Counted from the stretch's first letter, positions 8,623-18,531 are shown. The stretch: DNA of 64,000 bases from an uncultured Candidatus Peribacteria bacterium (GCA_964488165.1 CAZATU010000003.1:79372-143371), one strand, 5' to 3'. Notes: generated by a model from the letters alone, not told the origin. Translations and numbers: made by a program.

Positions 8623-10449
8623 ATGTTGCCTTCTCTGATTCAGCGGATTTCCCGGTGCGTCCCGTCGCTGGAACGCTGCTTTGCCCATCGGCGTGCGCTC
8701 TGCGCCGCAGGGCTCCTGTCGCTGCTTGTAGCAGCATTCCTGCAGAGTGCGGCGCAGCCGAAGGTGTTGGACGTGAACTATCGGTTCAACGACGGCGAAC
8801 GGACGTGGGCCACACTGCCGTTGTCCTTTACATCCGATGAAGGCGGCACGATCGCCGTCGATATTGTGTTCAAAATGGGGCTGCTGACGCCGACGTCGCT
8901 GCGCTTCATCCCCGATGACTGCATCGAGGACATCGCGCTCAACGCCGCCCCGATCGTGTTGCCCGAGGGCGACGTGTGCGACTTTGAACGCGGCATCGCC
9001 ATCGATCTTTCCTCGGCGCTCAAGCCGGGGGAAAACCTCGTCAGTATCACCCTCTCGGACTTCGGGGGCGTGGGGGGCATCGACATGACCCTGCCCGCGT
9101 TCGCCGCAGTTTCGCTCGTGCCCCAGGCGCTGGCGATCATTGGCATGCTGCTGCTCGCGCTCGGCATCTTTCCGAGGCTGCGCTTCTTGCGCGACGACCC
9201 GCTGCTGCTCGGCACGCTGATCGCAGGAACCGCGCTGCGCACCATCTACCTGCTGCTGACACCGGCGAATGTCCGGGGCCATGACGTCGACGGGCACATC
9301 GAATACATCCTCTACATGACCAGCCACGTCTTTCCGCCGCCGTCGGACATGGGATGGGAGACCTACCAGCCCCCGCTGTACTACGGCCTTTCGGCCCTCT
9401 GGCTCCACATCACCCGGCTGCTGCCGTCGAGCATGCTGTCGGATCGTTCATCGCTGCAACTCTTCTCGCTACTACTGTCCGTCGCGACGCTCACGGGATG
9501 CGCGTGGATCGCCAAGAAAACGCTCGGCAGCTTCGGCCGAACGTTCCCGGCGCTCGCACTGGGCCTGCTGGCTGCGCTGCCGTCGTGGGTGTTCTTCAGC
9601 GCGCGCATCAACAACGACGTCCTTTCCCTCTTCGTGCTTGTCTGCGGCGTTGCTGCCGCGATAGCGTGGTGGGAACGGGGCGGCACGGTGCGCTGGTACC
9701 TCTGCTGTGTCATCGCCGCGCTGGCCGTGTGGGTCAAGGCGAACGGCATCGCGCTGCTGCCCCCCATCCTGCTCCTCTACGTTCTGCGCCGCGGCGAAGG
9801 AACCGCCCTCCACCGCGTGGAGCGGGCTTGCGGTGGGCTCGTGCTGGCAAGCGTGCTGATCCTCAGTATGTACGCCCCGCGGATGCTGAGCCATTCCGAA
9901 GGACCGCGCCTCGTGGGCAACGCGCTGCATATCGGCGACGAAATGCGCCTGCCGAACGCGCTCGAAAACCTGACGACGTTCGACCCGGCACGCTTCCTGC
10001 TGGAACCGTTCAATTCGCCCTGGGAGGGTCACCGTCGTGAATTCTTCCTGGAGTACGTGTATCGATCGGCGTTCTTCGGCGAATTCAATTTCGGCGATGC
10101 GCTGATTCCCTTCGGCTCCGCCATTCTCGGCGTCAGCCTCTTCGCACTTGCGTTGGCGGTGGTGGGCGGGGGCATGGGGATGGTGCGTCACGCGAAGCAG
10201 TTCACTCCAGTGATGCTGGTGGGTCTGGCCGTCTTCTTCGCACATCTGTGCTTCCGTCTTTCCTACCCCTTTTCGGTCAGCCAGGATTTCCGCTATTCGC
10301 CGCTGCTTGCGTTGCCCGTGGCTATCGCGGCGGCCGCCGGGGCGAGTATGGGCGGCAGCGCGCTGCGGCGGGCTTCGACGTGGCTCTTGGTGCTGCTGTG
10401 TGTCCTCTGCACCACCTTCACACTGATCATTGCGCCAGGCTCTGCATGA
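8623..10449 (+). CDS. Membrane protein with extracytoplasmic N-domain plus GT-C (ArnT/PMT_2-like) polytopic region
   Basis: Signal anchor, then a ~130 aa soluble domain, then >10 TM helices including ETYQPPLYYGLSALW, as in the first loop of ArnT-type enzymes. Confidence 0.7.
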   Translation: MLPSLIQRISRCVPSLERCFAHRRALCAAGLLSLLVAAFLQSAAQPKVLDVNYRFNDGERTWATLPLSFTSDEGGTIAVDIVFKMGLLTPTSLRFIPDDCIEDIALNAAPIVLPEGDVCDFERGIAIDLSSALKPGENLVSITLSDFGGVGGIDMTLPAFAAVSLVPQALAIIGMLLLALGIFPRLRFLRDDPLLLGTLIAGTALRTIYLLLTPANVRGHDVDGHIEYILYMTSHVFPPPSDMGWETYQPPLYYGLSALWLHITRLLPSSMLSDRSSLQLFSLLLSVATLTGCAWIAKKTLGSFGRTFPALALGLLAALPSWVFFSARINNDVLSLFVLVCGVAAAIAWWERGGTVRWYLCCVIAALAVWVKANGIALLPPILLLYVLRRGEGTALHRVERACGGLVLASVLILSMYAPRMLSHSEGPRLVGNALHIGDEMRLPNALENLTTFDPARFLLEPFNSPWEGHRREFFLEYVYRSAFFGEFNFGDALIPFGSAILGVSLFALALAVVGGGMGMVRHAKQFTPVMLVGLAVFFAHLCFRLSYPFSVSQDFRYSPLLALPVAIAAAAGASMGGSALRRASTWLLVLLCVLCTTFTLIIAPGSA

Positions 10450-12068
10450 CGCGCGGCGCCCGCCAGCACCGGGCCGCCTTCCCTCCGACATGGGCACATG
10501 CCATAGCTGCGCTGCGCAACGAATGGGTGCTGCTCTCGCTCATCGTGGCGTTGGCGATGATCGTCCGGCTCTACCGCTTCGGCGCAATTCCGGGCGGCCT
10601 CAACCAGGACGAAGGATCGCTGGCCTACGACGCCTATTCGCTGCTGCGCTACGGCATGGAACGCAATGGCCACACATGGCCGCTGATGCTTGAAGCGTAT
10701 GGATCGTCGATGAGCGGTACGTTAGCGGCGTACCTCTCGATGCCATTCATGGCCATCGGCGGACTGACAATTGCCACAGCCCGCTCGCTTAACGCCGTCA
10801 TGGGTATCATCACCGTGGGGACATTCTGGGCCATCGGACGGGAGGGTTGGAATGCGCGCACGGGTCTTCTTGCCGCGTTCTTCGTGGCCATCAGCCCCTG
10901 GCACATCATGGCCTCCCGCTGGGGACTCGATTGCAACCTCTTCCCGCCGCTGTTTGCGCTCGCCTTCCTTGTACTGCTGACGCTCCGCGAACGGCCCTGG
11001 GGGCTCAGCCTCTCGGCGGCGATCTTCGGACTCTCGCTCTACAGCTACGGCGTGGCGCTTGTGGCCGTTCCCGCATTCTTACTTCTTGCGCTTGCAGCGC
11101 TCCATCTGCGAGGAGAGTGGCGATGGAAACCCATCCTTGCGGCGGGAGCGTGCTTCGCCGTGATCGCGCTGCCGATGGCTGTTTATCTGTTCGTGAATGA
11201 ACGGGAGCTGCCGACGGTGCATCTGGGGCCATTCACCATCACCAACCTCGCCACCACGCCACGCTACCGCGAAGGATCATCCGTGTTTTCAGCGCATTTC
11301 TTCATGGACGCGGTGCACAACCTCCGCACCTTCGGGTACGCGCTACTACGCCAGCATGACGGCTGGTCGCACAACACCATGTGGCCGCACGGCATCGTGT
11401 ACTTCCCGGGCGCCGTCGCGGCCGTCCTCGGCGCGGGGGCATTGCTCCGTCGCGCAGTGCGCGAACGCCACAGCGGTTCGCTCTACATGCTGGCATGGAT
11501 GGGAGCCGCAGTGGTGCTGGGCGGCGTCGTCCATGCGGACGCCATCAACCGGATCAACATCGCCATGCTGCCGATGATCTTCTGCTGCGCGCTGGGGGTC
11601 TCCGTCGTCCCGTGGCCGCGCGTGCGCGTCGCCGTCGTGTGCATGTTTTTAGTGCTCTTCGGCTGGTTCAGCTGGGACTACTTCACCGTATTCCCACAGA
11701 AGATCGCCCCGGAATTTTTCGCGGGCCTCACGGACGCCTCCGCCAAAGCATCTTCACTCACCACGGGCAAGATCTGCGTCACTGAGCAAGCCAACATGCC
11801 CGAGATCGCCGTGCTCTTCGGCACGAAGCTCGATCCCCATATTTTCGCCTCCACTGTCGAGTACGCGGACCCCAACGCCCATTATCGCCACGCGATCCGC
11901 TTCGGACGTTATACATTCGGGCTTGCGCGCTGCGACGCCGAAGGCGGTGGCGCTGCGTACGTTGCGCATGCGGCGGAGGTACCAGCATTGATCAGCCGCG
12001 GCTTTGCGCTCCAAGGCACGTACCAGGGCTACTCCGTACTTACGCCGCCGACGGCTTCCGCACTTTGA
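10446..12068 (+). CDS. GT-C glycosyltransferase (ArnT/PMT_2-like)
   Basis: LYRFGAIPGGLNQDEGSLAYDAYSLL is the typical ArnT-family first periplasmic loop. Start set to ATG 10446, which forms an ATGA overlap with the upstream stop. Confidence 0.75.
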   Translation: MTRGARQHRAAFPPTWAHAIAALRNEWVLLSLIVALAMIVRLYRFGAIPGGLNQDEGSLAYDAYSLLRYGMERNGHTWPLMLEAYGSSMSGTLAAYLSMPFMAIGGLTIATARSLNAVMGIITVGTFWAIGREGWNARTGLLAAFFVAISPWHIMASRWGLDCNLFPPLFALAFLVLLTLRERPWGLSLSAAIFGLSLYSYGVALVAVPAFLLLALAALHLRGEWRWKPILAAGACFAVIALPMAVYLFVNERELPTVHLGPFTITNLATTPRYREGSSVFSAHFFMDAVHNLRTFGYALLRQHDGWSHNTMWPHGIVYFPGAVAAVLGAGALLRRAVRERHSGSLYMLAWMGAAVVLGGVVHADAINRINIAMLPMIFCCALGVSVVPWPRVRVAVVCMFLVLFGWFSWDYFTVFPQKIAPEFFAGLTDASAKASSLTTGKICVTEQANMPEIAVLFGTKLDPHIFASTVEYADPNAHYRHAIRFGRYTFGLARCDAEGGGAAYVAHAAEVPALISRGFALQGTYQGYSVLTPPTASAL

Positions 12069-12705
12069 ACAAATCCAGCATGCCCAAGAGGAAACGGTGC
12101 CTGCGCTCCACGACGAAGCCGACGCTCTGCGCCAGCTCGCCGAGCGCTCCGTTTTGAAATGACTGTACATGCGTGTCATCCCAAATGATGCCGCGCGTGC
12201 GCGTCCATACCGCCCAGATCATACGAAACAGCAGGTTGTCGCTCGGAACGAGCAACAATGCATAGCCACCAGGCTTCAGGATTCTCAGCATCTCGGCGAG
12301 GGCTTTGCGGGGTTCGAAGACATGCTCGAGCATTTCAAAGCAGGTCACCACATCCGCCGATGCATCGGGAAACGGCAACGCATGAGCGTCGGCGACCGAG
12401 AAGTGCATCCCCGGGATCGAAGCCCAATGGTGCTTGGCCCATGCGATCGAGTCCGGCAAGACGTCGATGGCATCGATCCGCGCGGGTGCGACCTGATCCC
12501 ATACCACCTTCGTGAGGACGCCGTCGGCGCAACCGATATCGACGATCGTGGCGCCGGGGCATCGCTCAAGGAGCGAGCGCACGGCATGAAAACGACGGGT
12601 ATGCCAGAAGCGCTGCAGCGGATTCACCTGCAACGAGCGGTGGTACCAGTCCGGGGGAACATTCCTGTGGAGATGTGCCGCATCTTGCTGTCGTGCGTTG
12701 GTCAT
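12040..12705 (-). CDS. Class I SAM-dependent methyltransferase
   Basis: Motif I VDIGCADGVL and post-I/II LKPGGYALLLV. The start abuts the stop of the upstream Cys-rich protein gene (12706). Confidence 0.8.
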   Translation of the reverse strand: MTNARQQDAAHLHRNVPPDWYHRSLQVNPLQRFWHTRRFHAVRSLLERCPGATIVDIGCADGVLTKVVWDQVAPARIDAIDVLPDSIAWAKHHWASIPGMHFSVADAHALPFPDASADVVTCFEMLEHVFEPRKALAEMLRILKPGGYALLLVPSDNLLFRMIWAVWTRTRGIIWDDTHVQSFQNGALGELAQSVGFVVERRHRFLLGMLDLFKVRKPSAA

Positions 12706-14508
12706 TTAGCTTCGGCGGCGGCGCATCCAAGCAATGCCACCGGCCGCGCCGGCTGCCATCACCGCGATGATGCCGGGGCCGGACTGCGGCACCGGAGCGC
12801 CCGTGGGCAGCTGCGCAGGAAGCGTGGAAGCGGTTGTTGTGACGGTGGTAACTGCCGATCCGCGCAGGAACCGGAAGAGCGAGGCATCGGTCCACTTCTT
12901 CGCCATGACCACTTCCCGCGCCTGCTCTTGCTTACAGGTCCGCGAGCAGCCATCGCCGTGGATCAGGTTGCCATCGTCGCACTCCTCGTCGCCGTCGACG
13001 ATCAGATCACCGCAGCGCGCGAAGGAACAATCGGACCTGCACATGCTTCCGGGGCTGTTGGCGTTGTCATTGCCCATGTCACACTGCTCGCCGGCCTGGC
13101 GCATGCCGTCGCCGCATGAACGAGACAGGAAGCGGCAATCGGGCGTGCAGATATAGGGAAGCGACGGATTGTGCTTCTTCGGCTCGCACTGCTCGCCGAG
13201 CAAGACCTCCACGACGCCGTCACCGCAGGACCCCTTCTCGAAGTAACAATCGAAGCTGCAACCGTCGCGGTCCTTCGTGTTGCCGTCATCGCACTCCTCC
13301 TGCTCGCCGTCCAGCCTGCCGTTGCCGCAGAGCGGATGCCGGCGCAGCCAATCGAGCATCGCAAATTCCTCCGTTTCCAGGATGGGTTGGGGCACGTCCT
13401 CGACAACTTCTTCGACGACTTCTTCCTGCCATTCTTCCTCCGGAGGGGTATCCGCCTGCTCCTCGGGGATCTGCTCTGTTTCGTCGCCCTGGCCTTCGTC
13501 CGTCAACACCTCGTCAGACGGGGGAACCTGTTCTTCCTCAACGACAGGCTCATCGTTGCGCTCCATTTCTTCGACGGGGATCGGCTCCAACACATTCTCG
13601 GCATTCAGCCGCAGCGGCGCTCGACGCTCGGGCTCTGCGGGTGCTCCATCGCACGCGCCGTCGGAACAATCCGGCTGGCAGGTCATGACATCGGGGCGGT
13701 CCGGCGCGGGCAGACACACGGAAGCGTAGGGCCTGTAGGCCTCCGGGTCGGCGTCGGCGGGCGCTCCTTGGTAGCACTGCATGGAGCTCTCGCACGGCAG
13801 ACCGTCAGCGATGAACGCATAGGAATCGCCGGACGGATGCATGCCACACTGACGCATGCGAATGTCGGGGGCGCAGATCGCCGGATGGTCATTGGGGGCG
13901 GACGGGTCGAGCGAGAGCCGCCAGGGTTGTGGCAAGGTGTTTTCGACGAATGCCTCCCAGACGCCGTCCACGTTCCGGAACGGCCCCTTTGCGGGGTCGC
14001 ACATCGTAAAGGCTACGGCGCCGCGCGGGCACTTGCCGTTGCAATTGCCGTCGGGAGACCACGCGACGTCGGCGTTGGGGAAGAGCCCCTGTTCCAGGAA
14101 GGAGACTTCCTGCTCGGTGGGCATACGGATGCAGACCGGATACGACCATGTCTTCGTACACTCGCTGTCCAACTCCGAATTCTCTGCATCGCATCGCTCG
14201 GTGCAACCGATATCCGCGCCGAAGAGCATGGCATTCTCGGGCACATCGCAGGCCACGGCGCCTTCGGTTGCGGCTATGCAATCGTCGACGGACGGGTACC
14301 ACACCTCGCCGCTCGCTTCGTCGCACACATCTTCAAAGAGCGGCGTGCAGATGCGTTCTTCGGCAAGCGGGGGCGACGAACACGCGCCCTGGGGGGCCGC
14401 GACCTCGCCGAGCAGTGAGCGCATCGACGGCGATCCACCGTAGAGCATGACCACTCCGCCAAGGAGCAGGAGTGTTCCGCCAACGGCAAGCAGCGACCGT
14501 CGTGTCAT
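12706..14508 (-). CDS. Cys-rich-repeat surface protein with acidic linker and C-terminal sorting-signal-like tail
   Basis: N-terminal signal anchor. Three to four CG(D/N)G.....E.CDDGN....DGC...C repeats (Myxococcus-type cysteine-rich repeat / DUF4215-like). The tail is ...LPAQLPTGAPVPQSGPGIIAVMAAGAAGGIAWMRRRRS. Confidence 0.8.
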   Translation of the reverse strand: MTRRSLLAVGGTLLLLGGVVMLYGGSPSMRSLLGEVAAPQGACSSPPLAEERICTPLFEDVCDEASGEVWYPSVDDCIAATEGAVACDVPENAMLFGADIGCTERCDAENSELDSECTKTWSYPVCIRMPTEQEVSFLEQGLFPNADVAWSPDGNCNGKCPRGAVAFTMCDPAKGPFRNVDGVWEAFVENTLPQPWRLSLDPSAPNDHPAICAPDIRMRQCGMHPSGDSYAFIADGLPCESSMQCYQGAPADADPEAYRPYASVCLPAPDRPDVMTCQPDCSDGACDGAPAEPERRAPLRLNAENVLEPIPVEEMERNDEPVVEEEQVPPSDEVLTDEGQGDETEQIPEEQADTPPEEEWQEEVVEEVVEDVPQPILETEEFAMLDWLRRHPLCGNGRLDGEQEECDDGNTKDRDGCSFDCYFEKGSCGDGVVEVLLGEQCEPKKHNPSLPYICTPDCRFLSRSCGDGMRQAGEQCDMGNDNANSPGSMCRSDCSFARCGDLIVDGDEECDDGNLIHGDGCSRTCKQEQAREVVMAKKWTDASLFRFLRGSAVTTVTTTASTLPAQLPTGAPVPQSGPGIIAVMAAGAAGGIAWMRRRRS

Positions 14509-14611
14509 TGCGCACCATTGTAGCAGCACTCACCCACGTTGCACGCCATTGCATTCGCACGCGACTCGCTGCCTGGTATGCTCTCCCTGTTCACACTCTT
14601 TTTTCCGCATC

Positions 14612-16009
14612 ATGCCCGCCACAGCACTCGACCAGATCGTCTCCCTCTGCAAGCGTCGCGGCTTCATCTTCCCCGGTTCGGAAATTTACGGAGGACTGGC
14701 CAATACGTGGGATTACGGCCCGCTCGGCATCGAGCTCAAAAACCGCGTGCAGCGGCTGTGGTGGAACCGCTTCGTGCGGCAGCGCCAGGACATGGTGGGC
14801 CTGGAGAGCGGCATCCTCATGAACCCCAGAGTGTGGGAGGCCAGCGGCCATGTGGGCAACTTCGGAGACCCGCTCGTCGATTGCAAATCGTGCAAGCAAC
14901 GGTTCCGCGGCGACAAGCTGATTGAGGAGAAGCTCGGCGTGGAGGCGGCCGCGATCCTCAAGCTCGAGCAGGTCCAGCCGATGCTCATGGCCGAGAAGAT
15001 CGCCTGCCCCGCGTGTGGCAAGCTTGATTGGACGGTGGCCAAGAAATTCAGCCTGATGTTCAAAACGCAACAGGGTGTGATCGAAGGTGAAGGCGCCGAC
15101 ATCTACCTGCGCCCCGAAACGGCCCAGGGCATGTTCGTCGATTTCAAGCAGGTCAGCCAATCGATGCGCAAGCGCTTACCGTTTGGCATCGCACAGGTGG
15201 GCACGGTCTTCCGCAACGAGATCACGCCGGGCAACTTCACGTTCCGCACCCGCGAGTTCCAGCAAATGGAGATCGAGTACTTCGTGGAACCCGGCAGCGA
15301 AGCCGCCATCTTCGAGGACTGGAAAAACCAGATGTGGCAGTGGTGCCTGGATATCGGCCTCTCACCCGAGCGCCTGCGCATCCGCGAGCACACCAAAGAA
15401 GAACTCTCGCACTATTCCAGCCGCACGCTCGATATCGAATATCTCTACCCCTGGGGTTGGGGCGAGCTGTACGGCCTGGCGAACCGCTCCGACTTCGACC
15501 TCACGCAGCATCAAACGACGTCCGGCGAAGACCTGCAGTACACCGACCCCGACGACGCGCAGCACAAGTTCCTGCCGTACGTTGTGGAGCCCACGTTCGG
15601 CCTCACGCGCACCGTGCTCGCGCTGCTGCTGGAAGCATACGACGAGGAGAAGCTCGCCGAAGACGATACGCGCACCGTGCTGCGCCTCGTGCCGGCCATG
15701 GCTCCAGTGGACGTCGCCATCCTGCCGCTGAGCAAGAAGGAGCACCTGCTCGGCAAAGCACAGGAGTTGTATAAAAAATTGATTCATGAAACGCCCCTCT
15801 CCATCGACTTCGACGTGACGGGTTCGATCGGCAAACGCTACCGCCGCCAGGATGAAATCGGCACGCCCAAGTGCATCACGGTCGACTTCGGCACGCTGGG
15901 CGAAGACCCGGCGCAGGGCGAACCCGATACGGTCACCGTCCGCGACCGCGATACGCTCCAGCAGGTACGCCTGCCGATTGCGGAACTCGTAGCGCATTTG
16001 GCCAAGTAA
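14612..16009 (+). CDS. glyQS: Glycine--tRNA ligase (class II, homodimeric GlyQS type)
   Basis: MPATALDQIVSLCKRRGFIFPGSEIYGGLANTWDYGPLG..., FRNEITPGNFTFRTREFQQMEIEYF. Start trimmed by 55 codons from the ORF-track start. Confidence 0.92.
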   Translation: MPATALDQIVSLCKRRGFIFPGSEIYGGLANTWDYGPLGIELKNRVQRLWWNRFVRQRQDMVGLESGILMNPRVWEASGHVGNFGDPLVDCKSCKQRFRGDKLIEEKLGVEAAAILKLEQVQPMLMAEKIACPACGKLDWTVAKKFSLMFKTQQGVIEGEGADIYLRPETAQGMFVDFKQVSQSMRKRLPFGIAQVGTVFRNEITPGNFTFRTREFQQMEIEYFVEPGSEAAIFEDWKNQMWQWCLDIGLSPERLRIREHTKEELSHYSSRTLDIEYLYPWGWGELYGLANRSDFDLTQHQTTSGEDLQYTDPDDAQHKFLPYVVEPTFGLTRTVLALLLEAYDEEKLAEDDTRTVLRLVPAMAPVDVAILPLSKKEHLLGKAQELYKKLIHETPLSIDFDVTGSIGKRYRRQDEIGTPKCITVDFGTLGEDPAQGEPDTVTVRDRDTLQQVRLPIAELVAHLAK

Positions 16010-16113
16010 CGCGATCTTCTCCGAACGCTCTCTCTTTCTTGATCATATTTTGTATACAAGAAAAAGACGCACTGTAGCTTGCCGCTGCGTCGGACAATCG
16101 GTAGACACACGGC

Positions 16114-16491
16114 ATGACAGAATTCCCCCAGCCTTCCGAGGAGCCGCACATGATCATCGTGCGATGGCAAAGCGACGTGTTCAAAGCGCACGAAGCACTG
16201 TCACCGCAGACGCGTCAGAACATCGAAAACCTCCATACGATGCGTCTGATGCGCGTCATGACGGACTATATGGCGCTCGTGCGATCGGTCGTGGAAAGCA
16301 TCCTCAAGCAGAATGCGCCCGGGTTTCCTTCTCGTTTTGCCTATCTGCCGCCATCGATTGTGTGCGATGACGAAGGCATTCACGGTGCGCTGACGGTGAT
16401 CGCCACGGCCCCCGCCCATCTCTGGACGACGGTGGAGCACCACGTCACGCAAACACTTGAAGGCCTGCACCAGGAGGTCTGCACGCAATGA
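16114..16491 (+). CDS. Hypothetical protein
   Basis: 125-aa ORF with non-mirror composition and an ATGA overlap with the next ORF. No motif recognised. Confidence 0.5.
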   Translation: MTEFPQPSEEPHMIIVRWQSDVFKAHEALSPQTRQNIENLHTMRLMRVMTDYMALVRSVVESILKQNAPGFPSRFAYLPPSIVCDDEGIHGALTVIATAPAHLWTTVEHHVTQTLEGLHQEVCTQ

Positions 16492-16856
16492 CAACATCCG
16501 GCATTCGTGCTAGCTTTGGGGCCATGAAGCCCAAGGAATTCGCCCAACGACTCGGGGAAACATTCGCCGTCATCCAGCACGGCATGGACCTCGGCGCCGA
16601 ATGGGCATTGAAGAAAGTCGCCAAGATGCAGGAAGAGCAACAGCGCGAGGAGAAGCAACTACGCGCAGAGCTCGCGGCCGCCACAGGCGAAAACCCCACC
16701 GCAGAACCGCCGGAAGCGGCGCAACCATCGTTCGTCAGCCGCGGTTTACAGGGTGCGAAGACCTTCTTTCAGATGCTCACCGACATCGGCGAAACCTATT
16801 ACAAGCGCTACGGCGAGATCAAAAAAGACACCGCACAGGCCCATCCGAAGCCCTAA
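16488..16856 (+). CDS. Hypothetical protein (charged, helical)
   Basis: 122-aa ORF coupled to the previous ORF by ATGA. E/K/Q-rich centre. No motif recognised. Confidence 0.5.
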   Translation: MTTSGIRASFGAMKPKEFAQRLGETFAVIQHGMDLGAEWALKKVAKMQEEQQREEKQLRAELAAATGENPTAEPPEAAQPSFVSRGLQGAKTFFQMLTDIGETYYKRYGEIKKDTAQAHPKP

Positions 16857-16860
16857 GCAC

Positions 16861-16889
16861 TTGCATCGAGGGCCTTGGGGCGGTATATC
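16861..16889 (+). promoter_or_regulatory. Sigma70-like promoter candidate for rpsB-tsf
   Basis: TTGCAT (16861-16866), 17-nt spacer, TATATC (16884-16889). Confidence 0.45.
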
Positions 16890-17012
16890 TATCCGGTCCC
16901 TTCCGACCGATCGCTGCGGTCCTGACCCGCAAGGGTATCCTCCGCACCAGGCGAAATGACGTCGGAAGCAGTCCCCAAGGATCCACTACCGCTCCCCTTC
17001 CCCACGCGTCCC

Positions 17013-17726
17013 ATGACGACGATTCCGTCCGAAAAAGAGCTGATCGCCGCTGCCTGCCACTTCGGCCACCCGAAAGAGAAGTGGAACCCGAAGATGAAGC
17101 CCTATCTGTATACGACGCAGAAAGGCATCCATATCTTCGACCTCGTGCAGACGCGCGCCCATTTGGAGGAACTCTGCCAGCATTTGCGCAAGTTCCAGGC
17201 CGAAGGCAAGACCGTGCTGCTCGTTTCCACGAAGCAGCAGAGCTTGCACTTGGTGGAACGCCTGGGCCAGAAGCTCGGGCAGCCCGTGGTTACGAAGAAG
17301 TGGATCCCGGGGCTCATCACCAACTGGGCCACGCTCAAAAAGCGCCTCCAGTACTACAAGGACCTCCGCAAGGGCTTCGTGACCGGCGAAGTGGAGAAGT
17401 TCACGAAGAAGGAACAGGTCGCCCTTCGCAAGAAACTCGCCAAGCTCGACAGCGCCCTTGCCGGCGTCGCCGAGATGACGGGCCTGCCCCAGGCGCTGTT
17501 CGTCGTCGACGCGCTGCGCGACAACGTGGCCGTAAAGGAAGCGATCAAGATGAAGATCCCCGTCTTCGGCATCTGCGACAGCAACGCCGACCCCGACGAA
17601 TTCGCCTGCTTCGTGCCCTGCAACGACGATGCTACGAAGTCCGTCGAGATCGTCCTGCAGACCATCGAACGCTCCCTCGCCGACCTGCGCCCCAAGCAGG
17701 ATGATGAGGAAGAAGTGTCCATCTGA
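17013..17726 (+). CDS. rpsB: 30S ribosomal protein S2
   Basis: LIAAACHFGHPKEKWNPKMKPYLYTTQKGIHIFDL...FVVD...A.KEA.K..IPVFGI.DSN. Start trimmed to MTTIPSEKE (16956 is also possible). Confidence 0.92.
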   Translation: MTTIPSEKELIAAACHFGHPKEKWNPKMKPYLYTTQKGIHIFDLVQTRAHLEELCQHLRKFQAEGKTVLLVSTKQQSLHLVERLGQKLGQPVVTKKWIPGLITNWATLKKRLQYYKDLRKGFVTGEVEKFTKKEQVALRKKLAKLDSALAGVAEMTGLPQALFVVDALRDNVAVKEAIKMKIPVFGICDSNADPDEFACFVPCNDDATKSVEIVLQTIERSLADLRPKQDDEEEVSI

Positions 17727-17754
17727 TCGCTCCGTTCGCCTTCCCCCCTCCGCC

Positions 17755-18531
17755 ATGTCTTCCGTTTCCGCCGCCGCCGTTTCCGCCCTTCGCGCCCGCA
17801 CGGGCGTTTCGATTCTTGCCTGCAAGGAAGCCCTTGAGGAATCCGGCGGCAATGAGGAAAAGGCCATTGAGCTGCTGCGCAAGCGCGGCATTTCTCAGGC
17901 AGCGAAGAAGGCTGAACGCGCCCAGGGCGAAGGAAAGATCTTCGCCGCCGAGGCCGATGGCAAAGCTGCCGTGGTCTTGCTGCGCTGCGAAACGGACTTC
18001 GTCGCCCGTGCCGACGGCTTCAGCGCGCTCGGCGCCGAGCTTGCTGACGCGTTGCTGGCAGGTGGCGAAGCCGCTGTGAAAGCCCTTGCCGACAAGAAGC
18101 TTCCCGAAGCCGTGCAGTCGTTGGGAGAGAACGTTTCGATGGACGAAGTGCATGTGATCTCCGCTCCGGTGATCGGCACGTACGTGCACTCCAACGGCAA
18201 GATCGCCGTGATTATCGGCCTTTCAAAGGGAAGCCGCGAGATGGCCCGCGACGTCGGCATGCATGCGACGGCCATGAACCCCCAAGTAGTGAGCCCCGAT
18301 GAGATTGCCGAGGCCCTGGTGGAGAAGGAGAAGGAAATCTGGCGCGAACAGCTGAAGAAAGAAGGCAAGCCCGAAGCGATGTTCGACAAGATCATGCTGG
18401 GCAAGGAGAAGAAGTTCCGCGAGGAGAACGCCTTGCTCAAGCAGCCATTCGTGAAAGACGGGCAGAAAACCGTGGAGCAGTATATCGACGGCGCCACGGT
18501 GACGGCCTACATCCGCCTTTCCGTCTCGTAG
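17755..18531 (+). CDS. tsf: Translation elongation factor Ts
   Basis: MSSVSAAAVSALRARTGVSILACKEALEESGGNEEKAIELLRKRG (UBA-like N-domain). Start trimmed by 42 codons. Confidence 0.92.
   Translation: MSSVSAAAVSALRARTGVSILACKEALEESGGNEEKAIELLRKRGISQAAKKAERAQGEGKIFAAEADGKAAVVLLRCETDFVARADGFSALGAELADALLAGGEAAVKALADKKLPEAVQSLGENVSMDEVHVISAPVIGTYVHSNGKIAVIIGLSKGSREMARDVGMHATAMNPQVVSPDEIAEALVEKEKEIWREQLKKEGKPEAMFDKIMLGKEKKFREENALLKQPFVKDGQKTVEQYIDGATVTAYIRLSVS

Noticed and set aside
10248-10445. Upstream extension of the 606-aa ORF (start 10248), overlapping the previous gene by 200 nt
   Set aside because: The extension is Arg/Gly/Ala-rich junk in an alternative frame of the upstream GT-C gene. An ATG at 10446 gives the common ATGA stop/start overlap and a sensible N-terminus.
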